Of a stretch of DNA of 5,084 nt, positions 1 to 3,967 are shown piece by piece (position 1 is the stretch's first letter; each line of letters starts with the position of its first letter). The translations under genes and the position numbers were made by a program. This stretch comes from a virus. A model generated the notes under the pieces. The model made no database searches. It saw nothing but the letters and a program-made list of their open reading frames with translations, and was not told the origin of the DNA. The stretch covers positions 1 to 5,084 of the IMG/VR virus record IMGVR_UViG_3300029057_000122; one strand, written 5' to 3'.

Positions 1-95
1 CTCCAATACCATTGATATAGATGTTGCCGATACCGGCCTTAACATCATCAATGCTTTGATGCAAAATGTCGGTCAGTTTGCTTTCATTGTTTCTC
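1..95. repeat. Terminal redundancy: exact copy of 4990-5084, marking the circular junction of a 4,989-nt genome
   Basis: Bases 1-95 (ctccaataccattgatatagatgttgcc...ttcattgtttctc) recur identically at 4990-5084. An ORF runs in frame across this join. Confidence 0.9.
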
Positions 96-154
96 TCCTT
101 TGTTTCGGTGCTGTTGTTCTCCGTGTGCTTATTCGAAAGGCGGTGGAAGGGTGA
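2..154 (+). CDS. C-terminal 50 codons plus stop of the same pIII-like CDS, wrapped around the junction
   Basis: Frame-2 codons from position 2 continue ...SNTIDIDVADTGLNIINALMQNVGQFAFIVSLLCFGAVVLRVLIRKAVEG*, with the stop TGA at 152-154. Confidence 0.7.
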   Translation, partial: SNTIDIDVADTGLNIINALMQNVGQFAFIVSLLCFGAVVLRVLIRKAVEG

Positions 155-282
155 CATTTCTTGATTTCTTCAAAGGCGTTATTACTTTCTTCGGTGCTGG
201 CGGGGCTTACGTCATTGCTTTTGTTGTCCTGCTCGTTGGTCTTGGTGTTTATAAGTTTGTGAAGGACTGGTTGCCATGGTAA
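151..282 (+). CDS. 43-aa leaderless small hydrophobic virion protein with pVIII/Pf3-coat-like architecture; a major or minor coat candidate
   Basis: GTG at 151 overlaps the pIII-like stop (GTGA), a translational-coupling arrangement, with GGTGG/GGAAGG just upstream. Product MTFLDFFKGVITFFGAGGAYVIAFVVLLVGLGVYKFVKDWLPW has an acidic N-terminus, a Gly-punctuated TM core (compare M13 pVIII ...AMVVVIVGATIGIKLFKKF) and a Lys-containing C-terminus. The ORF track lists this frame from TTG 100, but that start lacks an SD. Confidence 0.5.
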   Translation: MTFLDFFKGVITFFGAGGAYVIAFVVLLVGLGVYKFVKDWLPW

Positions 283-296
283 ATTTTGTTGAAACT

Positions 297-446
297 ATGA
301 AGGTGTGCACAGCCTTTGTTGCTAACATTCTTTCTATGTCTTTCTTCGGTTTCGGCACCTTCGGCAATTTCGTTCTAGTTTGTTTAGCACTTTCGCTTGT
401 CGGCTTTGTGCTTCGTTCAATCTGGGGTGGTGATAACAGTGATTGA
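297..446 (+). CDS. 49-aa small hydrophobic membrane protein (pVI/pVII/pIX-type candidate)
   Basis: ATG at 297. Product MKVCTAFVANILSMSFFGFGTFGNFVLVCLALSLVGFVLRSIWGGDNSD has two hydrophobic segments. Its 3' end overlaps the next start (GTGATTGA). The SD is weak. Below the size cutoff of the ORF track. Confidence 0.4.
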   Translation: MKVCTAFVANILSMSFFGFGTFGNFVLVCLALSLVGFVLRSIWGGDNSD

Positions 447-1074
447 GATTCCTAAAATTGTATACGGCCCTTGGCAAGATGCTCATGATGGCCGCATGTA
501 TTATACCGTCATGTATGACGGTCAAGACAAGTCCGAGGATATGCTTGTAGACGCTTACGATTATCTCGTAGCTTCTGCAAAGGCTGTGGAGACGCTGGAT
601 CAGCAGCAGTCCGCATCTGAGTTGGTGCCTGCGCAGTCCCCGCCTGAGCCGGCAGAAATTGTTCCTGTTGAGGAAGACCATACCGGCCTGCCGGAATATG
701 TGACAGCTCCTGAGGAGATGGAAGAGCTGCCGTTTGAAGGGAGTTTAACCGCATATGATGACCGAGCAGCAAATACTCCAGCTTTGTATGCTAATCTCCC
801 TGCTGTTAGTAATTCTTTCACTAACATTATGGATTGGTTCGGCGATACGTTTTTTATTGAACGTACTGAGACGGTTCATACATCCGGCTATACATCTCAA
901 AGGATCTCCACTTCTTCTTCGTATCAACTTATTCAACTGCCGTATGAGGAAGATTCCACGACTACTTCCCAAGTTCTCAACCCGCAAGCGTGCGTTTCTG
1001 CTCTTCTTGTTGTCCTCGTTTTTATTACTACTGTTACTTGGCTTAAAAACGCGATCTGGGGGCGCATGTACTGA
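439..1074 (+). CDS. 211-aa acidic, Pro/Ser/Thr-rich protein with a C-terminal TM anchor; function unknown. Track start is TTG 397, giving 225 aa
   Basis: Frame-1 ORF with GTG 439 preceded by GGGGTGGTGA (alternatives are TTG 397 and ATG 496). Contains an acidic Pro-rich linker ELVPAQSPPEPAEIVPVEEDHTGLPEYVTAPEEMEELPFEG, a Ser/Thr-rich region, and a C-terminal hydrophobic helix ACVSALLVVLVFITTVTWLKNAIWGRMY. No signal peptide. Stop TGA 1072-1074 overlaps the next ATG (TGATG). Confidence 0.6.
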   Translation: MIEIPKIVYGPWQDAHDGRMYYTVMYDGQDKSEDMLVDAYDYLVASAKAVETLDQQQSASELVPAQSPPEPAEIVPVEEDHTGLPEYVTAPEEMEELPFEGSLTAYDDRAANTPALYANLPAVSNSFTNIMDWFGDTFFIERTETVHTSGYTSQRISTSSSYQLIQLPYEEDSTTTSQVLNPQACVSALLVVLVFITTVTWLKNAIWGRMY

Positions 1075-1187
1075 TGGAAATTCTACCTTTTCAGTTCTGC
1101 TTCGGTATATTCTCGGTTCCTGAAATTGGCTATTTCATTGTTTTTGCCGCTGTTTTTTGCATGTTGGTTCTCCTATTCCGTCCGTGA
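1074..1187 (+). CDS. 37-aa very hydrophobic small protein (pVII/pIX-like minor virion or membrane protein candidate)
   Basis: ATG 1074 overlaps the upstream stop by one nt. Product MEILPFQFCFGIFSVPEIGYFIVFAAVFCMLVLLFRP. Third codon positions are T-rich. Confidence 0.4.
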   Translation: MEILPFQFCFGIFSVPEIGYFIVFAAVFCMLVLLFRP

Positions 1188-1216
1188 GTAGGTTCCAAAA
1201 TATTTTCGAAAGGGTG

Positions 1217-1315
1217 ATGACTTCAGACTCCTACTACTTCTATCATTGGTACGCTGCTTTCTCAGGTCGGCGAATTTTTCACTCAGATGATTACTTGGAT
1301 GGGTCAACTGATTGA
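1217..1315 (+). CDS. 32-aa ORF with a strong SD; possibly a leader ORF translationally coupled to the coat-like ORF it overlaps
   Basis: AAAGGGTG then ATG 1217. Product MTSDSYYFYHWYAAFSGRRIFHSDDYLDGSTD. Stop 1313-1315 lies 14-26 nt past the ATGs of the overlapping frame-3 ORF. Confidence 0.2.
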   Translation: MTSDSYYFYHWYAAFSGRRIFHSDDYLDGSTD

Positions 1316-1415
1316 CTTTTACGAGGAGCAGCCAATTCTCCTTGTTTTCGTCATTCTGACGATTGCAAGTATCGTGCTTCGTCTTCTCCGTCGCTGGATT
1401 CCCGGTCGCTCCTAA
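1287..1415 (+). CDS. 42-aa leaderless major-coat-protein candidate (Pf3/pVIII-like)
   Basis: Product MITWMGQLIDFYEEQPILLVFVILTIASIVLRLLRRWIPGRS has an acidic N-terminus (DFYEEQ), a 16-residue hydrophobic core and a C-terminal cluster of four Arg, the canonical inovirus major coat layout. It is followed immediately by a strong terminator, as gene VIII is in Ff phages. There is no clear SD. The frame is open and T3-biased upstream to 1221 without a canonical start, so the true N-terminus is uncertain (ATG 1299 is also possible). Confidence 0.45.
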   Translation: MITWMGQLIDFYEEQPILLVFVILTIASIVLRLLRRWIPGRS

Positions 1416-1420
1416 TGTGA

Positions 1421-1470
1421 GAGAAAACGCCGCCGACCATTTTTTTGGTCGGCGACGTTTTCTCGTTTTA
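1421..1470 (+). terminator. Rho-independent terminator or attenuator hairpin after the coat-like gene
   Basis: GAGAAAACGCCGCCGACCA (1421-1439) pairs with TGGTCGGCGACGTTTTCTC (1446-1464), a 19-bp stem with one mismatch and a T6 loop, followed by GTTTTAAG. Confidence 0.6.
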
Positions 1471-1487
1471 AGAAAGGATTATATGTC

Positions 1488-2108
1488 ATGCTTTATGGTA
1501 TTCTTATCTTTTGTGTTTGCTGGTTATTTGTTTATATCGATAACTATTGCAAAAACCCCTACAAATTGGAGGCTGTTGTGGGTTCAAAAGGTTCTGGAAA
1601 ATCTCTGTATATGTCTCGTGTTGCTGACCGCTGGCTTCGTTCTAACAAGGGGCTTATCTATTCTAATATGGGTATTGGTTACGAGTTAGAATCGGAATAT
1701 TGGAAACAGTCCTTTCTCCCTGATTCCCTTATTCTCATAGATGAGATTGGCGTCCTCCATTCTAACCGTGATTTTAAGTCTATGCCCCGTGAAGCTGTTG
1801 AATTTTTCAAGATGCAGCGCAAGTATCATCTGACAATTATTGTTAGCAGTCAGACCATGGATTTTGATAAAAAGATTCGTGACCTCTGCGACCGTATCTA
1901 TTTATGTAACCGGATTGGCTGGTTCTGCCGTCTCACTCCCTATCGCTCTTGTATCGCTATGGAACATCGCCCTGAGGGAGGCCAAGAGCTGGTTAACACG
2001 GTGCGAAAGGCGGGTCGGGCTAAGTGGTATACTATTCCAAAGTCCGTGAAGCAGGTAAGTGGTTTAGAATACGATACGGAGCAGGTTATCAGCAAGACCT
2101 CGAAATAA
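1488..2108 (+). CDS. Zot/pI-family assembly (morphogenesis) ATPase, short form of 206 aa with only the N-terminal P-loop domain
   Basis: AAAGGA lies 9 nt upstream of ATG 1488. Walker A GSKGSGKS and Walker B LILIDEIG are present. The sequence aligns in pattern with M13 pI (VTGKLGSGKT; LLVLDECG; HARKLGWDIIFLVQD versus QRKYHLTIIVSSQ). An N-terminal hydrophobic segment MLYGILIFCVCWLFVYIDNY precedes the P-loop. There is no C-terminal TM or periplasmic domain. Third codon positions are strongly T-biased. Confidence 0.85.
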   Translation: MLYGILIFCVCWLFVYIDNYCKNPYKLEAVVGSKGSGKSLYMSRVADRWLRSNKGLIYSNMGIGYELESEYWKQSFLPDSLILIDEIGVLHSNRDFKSMPREAVEFFKMQRKYHLTIIVSSQTMDFDKKIRDLCDRIYLCNRIGWFCRLTPYRSCIAMEHRPEGGQELVNTVRKAGRAKWYTIPKSVKQVSGLEYDTEQVISKTSK

Positions 2109-2115
2109 AAAACTT

Positions 2116-2154
2116 CCCCCCGTGCCCTTTAGGGTTAGGGGGGTTGTTTTTTTT
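2116..2154 (+). terminator. Rho-independent terminator after the pI/Zot gene
   Basis: CCCCCC-GTG-CCC-TTTA-GGG-TTA-GGGGGG forms a stem with an internal loop, followed by TTGTTTTTTTT. Confidence 0.65.
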
Positions 2155-2409
2155 AATAATTTTTATTTTTTTTATCTCCTTGAGCCTTGAAAGCCTTGCT
2201 ATTGCTGACTTTTTTGTTTCTGGTGCATCGTGCGGCTCTCCGGGCAGTTGCAACGTTTAGTCACGCGATAGCGTCTCCACCGCGTCCCCCGTCCCCGCAA
2301 GGGCAAAGCCCTTGCCCTTCCAAAACAAACTGGCAGGGGCTACCGTTGCGCTCCTTGCGGCGTGATGGTGGGGAAGGTGTAATACCCCCACCTGAGTAGA
2401 AGAAAGGGT
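2155..2409 (+). other. Non-coding intergenic region: an AT-rich tract then GC-rich structured DNA; candidate rolling-circle origin and packaging signal
   Basis: No ORF here shows coding bias. The region has T-runs (2155-2222), then GC-rich DNA with a tandem GTCCCC/CGTCCCC repeat and a perfect hairpin. This is the analogue of the Ff intergenic region and lies directly upstream of the rep promoter. Confidence 0.45.
2297..2315. repeat. Perfect 8-bp stem, 3-nt loop hairpin GCAAGGGC-AAA-GCCCTTGC in the intergenic region
   Basis: Exact inverted repeat read from the sequence. It is flanked by C-rich and G-rich runs and may be an origin nick-site or packaging hairpin. Confidence 0.4.
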
Positions 2410-2438
2410 TTGACAAGCCCCCCCGCCTGTGGTATGGT
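2410..2438 (+). promoter_or_regulatory. Sigma70-type promoter for the rep-ssb (and probably whole-genome) transcript
   Basis: TTGACA (2410-2415), a 17-nt spacer containing a C7 tract, a TG extended element at 2430-2431, and TATGGT (2433-2438). RBS AAAGGAGA at 2454-2461 and ATG at 2467. Confidence 0.6.
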
Positions 2439-2466
2439 TGCTGTAAAGAGTGAAAGGAGAAATATC

Positions 2467-3612
2467 ATGAGTACTTACGTTTTACGCCTTGACTATGCAA
2501 CTTTTGCCTTTACGCCCGGGTCGGTCGATTTGAACCGTGTGCAGTCGGTTCTTGCTGCTGGTGCTGACCTTGCTTTTCGTCAGTTTGGCATTTATGACAC
2601 TTCACCTTATCAGTCTCCCTTGGGATTGTACTATAAGCCGTATTGCGGCTCGAAAGAGAATCCGCATATCTTGCAAGTCTCCGGCTCGGCCTGTGAGCAT
2701 TTCCGTGAAACGCTCCCTTGTCTTGGTAAGGTTCTCCGCGATGGCGGGGAGCAGGCGCATTTCCGGCGTCTTGATTTCGCTTTCGATGTTATTATGTCCC
2801 GCTCCGACTGGCGTAAGTTTCTTTCTGATTGTTTCGCCTATTCGATGGAGCAGAACCGTCATAGAAAAAAGTTCCTGCTGCAAGGTTCCGGCGAAGCCAT
2901 GACTATTTATATCGGTTCTCGTAATTCTGACCACTTTTTCCGTGTCTATAACAAGACGCTTCAAGACCCTTCCTATTTGTTTATCAACGCTGACGGCACT
3001 ACTACTCCTGTTGCCGATGATCAGTGCGTTATTCGTTATGAGATTGAGTGCAAGCGCGTTAGTCGTTCTCGTGGCGGTCAGAATGTTACTTTTGACCCCT
3101 CCCCCATGTTTGACTGGTATTATTCCGATTCCCAGTTGCTTTTTGATGAGGTCAAAAAGCAGTGGCTTTCTTTTGGTAATGAAGTAATGCTCCCTGCCGG
3201 CTTCGAAGATGCTTCTTTTGTCACTGACATTGACGTGAAACACCTGCATCCGCTTGTAGGGGATATTGTATCCCCTTATAAGGAAGTCTGCTATGCCAAT
3301 GTCTCCGCGCGTCTCCATGACTATCCTCACGCTTTCGAACGGTCGCTTGAATTCGCCGCCCAGCGCTATGGCGCTTATGTACCCTATCTGCTTAGAGATG
3401 AGCGTTTGCTTACCATCTGCAAGGAAGCTGCTCGTGTTCGCTTCGGCTTTGACATTGATTTTTATGTTGACTTTGATGATACAGGCCGTTTTGAATTTGA
3501 AGTGATTTCCGATGATTCTTTCTCCCCGTGGTCAGAGGTCGGAGAGTTTGAACAAATAGATATTCTAAAAGGAAAGGAGCAATTAGTCTATGCGGATTTT
3601 GGTTGTAGGTAA
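2467..3612 (+). CDS. Rolling-circle replication initiation protein, Rep_trans family (381 aa)
   Basis: Motifs VSGSACEHF...HFRRLDFAFDV and IYIGSRNSDHFFRVYNKT match the Rep_trans (PF02486) signature seen in plasmid and inovirus Rep proteins such as RstA. Strong SD and ATG at 2467; the track start at 2410 lies inside the promoter. Third codon positions are T-biased. Confidence 0.9.
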   Translation: MSTYVLRLDYATFAFTPGSVDLNRVQSVLAAGADLAFRQFGIYDTSPYQSPLGLYYKPYCGSKENPHILQVSGSACEHFRETLPCLGKVLRDGGEQAHFRRLDFAFDVIMSRSDWRKFLSDCFAYSMEQNRHRKKFLLQGSGEAMTIYIGSRNSDHFFRVYNKTLQDPSYLFINADGTTTPVADDQCVIRYEIECKRVSRSRGGQNVTFDPSPMFDWYYSDSQLLFDEVKKQWLSFGNEVMLPAGFEDASFVTDIDVKHLHPLVGDIVSPYKEVCYANVSARLHDYPHAFERSLEFAAQRYGAYVPYLLRDERLLTICKEAARVRFGFDIDFYVDFDDTGRFEFEVISDDSFSPWSEVGEFEQIDILKGKEQLVYADFGCR

Positions 3613-3832
3613 ATCCCGCCGAGCTGGTACCTCTAAGGCTGGCAAAGACTACGATTTTACTACTCTCATGGTCGAGTATGACATGCGTGCAAACGATGAT
3701 AACTCGGGCGTGCAGGTCGATAGAATCAACGTTAGTGCCTCTATGATGCCTTTCGCGTTGGTAGAAGTTGGTGCAACCTATAATCTCGACTTTGACCGTA
3801 ATGGGTATCTGCTCGGTGTCGAAAAAATTTAA
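3590..3832 (+). CDS. Putative ssDNA-binding protein (gene V analogue), 80 aa
   Basis: AAGGAG lies 10 nt upstream of ATG 3590, and the ORF overlaps the rep 3' end by 23 nt. Size and position immediately after rep match inovirus pV. There is no recognisable motif, so the call rests on synteny. Confidence 0.5.
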   Translation: MRILVVGKSRRAGTSKAGKDYDFTTLMVEYDMRANDDNSGVQVDRINVSASMMPFALVEVGATYNLDFDRNGYLLGVEKI

Positions 3833-3854
3833 TTTCAACCTCCATTCACTCTTT

Positions 3855-3870
3855 GGCCGCTCCGGCGGCC
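3855..3870. repeat. GC hairpin GGCCGC-TCCG-GCGGCC immediately upstream of the tRNA
   Basis: Perfect 6-bp GC stem with a 4-nt loop. No T-tract follows, so it is not a terminator. It may be a processing or stability element. Confidence 0.35.
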
Positions 3871-3873
3871 TCT

Positions 3874-3947
3874 GGCGGGGTGGTGCAACGGTAGCACATC
3901 ACGCTCTGAACGTGAAACTTCTGGTTCGAATCCAGACCCCGCAACCA
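3874..3947 (+). tRNA. tRNA-Gln (anticodon CUG) with an encoded CCA
   Basis: Manual cloverleaf fold. Acceptor 3874-3880 pairs with 3937-3943 (6 bp plus a G1.A72 mismatch). U8. D-stem GTGC/GCAC with loop AACGGTA (G18 G19). Anticodon stem TCACG/CGTGA with loop CTCTGAA (U33, CUG, A37). A 4-nt variable loop. T-arm TCTGG-TTCGAAT-CCAGA. Discriminator A, then CCA. Resembles bacterial tRNA-Gln. Confidence 0.8.
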
Positions 3948-3967
3948 TTTAGAAAGGAAGTGCCGAT

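Noticed and set aside
1-95. The 95-bp direct repeats as attL/attR of an integrated element
   Set aside because: Both repeats lie inside a continuous coding sequence that reads seamlessly from the window end into the window start, and there is no flanking non-phage sequence. This is a circular-assembly overlap.
100-150. TTG 100 as the start of the 151-282 ORF
   Set aside because: No SD, and it would overlap 55 nt of the pIII-like C-terminus. GTG 151 overlaps the pIII stop (GTGA) and has GGTGG/GGAAGG upstream.
334-987. Minus-strand ORFs 334-681, 509-772, 600-827 and 745-987
   Set aside because: They are antisense to + strand genes that are well supported by T3 bias, SD and coupling. They lack RBSs and are explained by the A-rich, stop-poor antisense of T-rich coding DNA.
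755-1123. Frame-2 + ORF (122 aa, Leu-rich) overlapping the 211-aa protein gene
   Set aside because: Low-complexity poly-Leu translation of a T-rich out-of-frame sequence with no SD. The overlapping frame-1 ORF carries the codon bias.
1363-1482. N-terminal part of track ORF 1363-1689 (TTG start) running through 1421-1470
   Set aside because: It reads straight through the near-perfect 19-bp terminator palindrome. Only the portion from ATG 1483 is a conceivable gene, and that is discussed as a finding at low confidence.
2024-2399. Track ORFs 2024-2260 and 2187-2399 in the intergenic region
   Set aside because: They span the terminator, T-runs and GC-rich hairpins. There is no SD and no codon-position bias, and the products are Pro/Gly/Leu low-complexity. 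I treat this as non-coding origin or regulatory DNA.
2410-2466. Upstream extension of rep to the track start at 2410
   Set aside because: That start lies inside the -35 hexamer of the promoter. ATG 2467 has an ideal AGGAG SD and begins the conserved Rep N-terminus.
2602-3330. 242-aa minus-strand ORF inside rep; also minus ORFs 3410-3838 and 4262-4684
   Set aside because: Same reasoning as above. The Rep_trans motifs are unambiguously on the + strand, and the antisense products are Arg/Ile-rich low-complexity with no start context.
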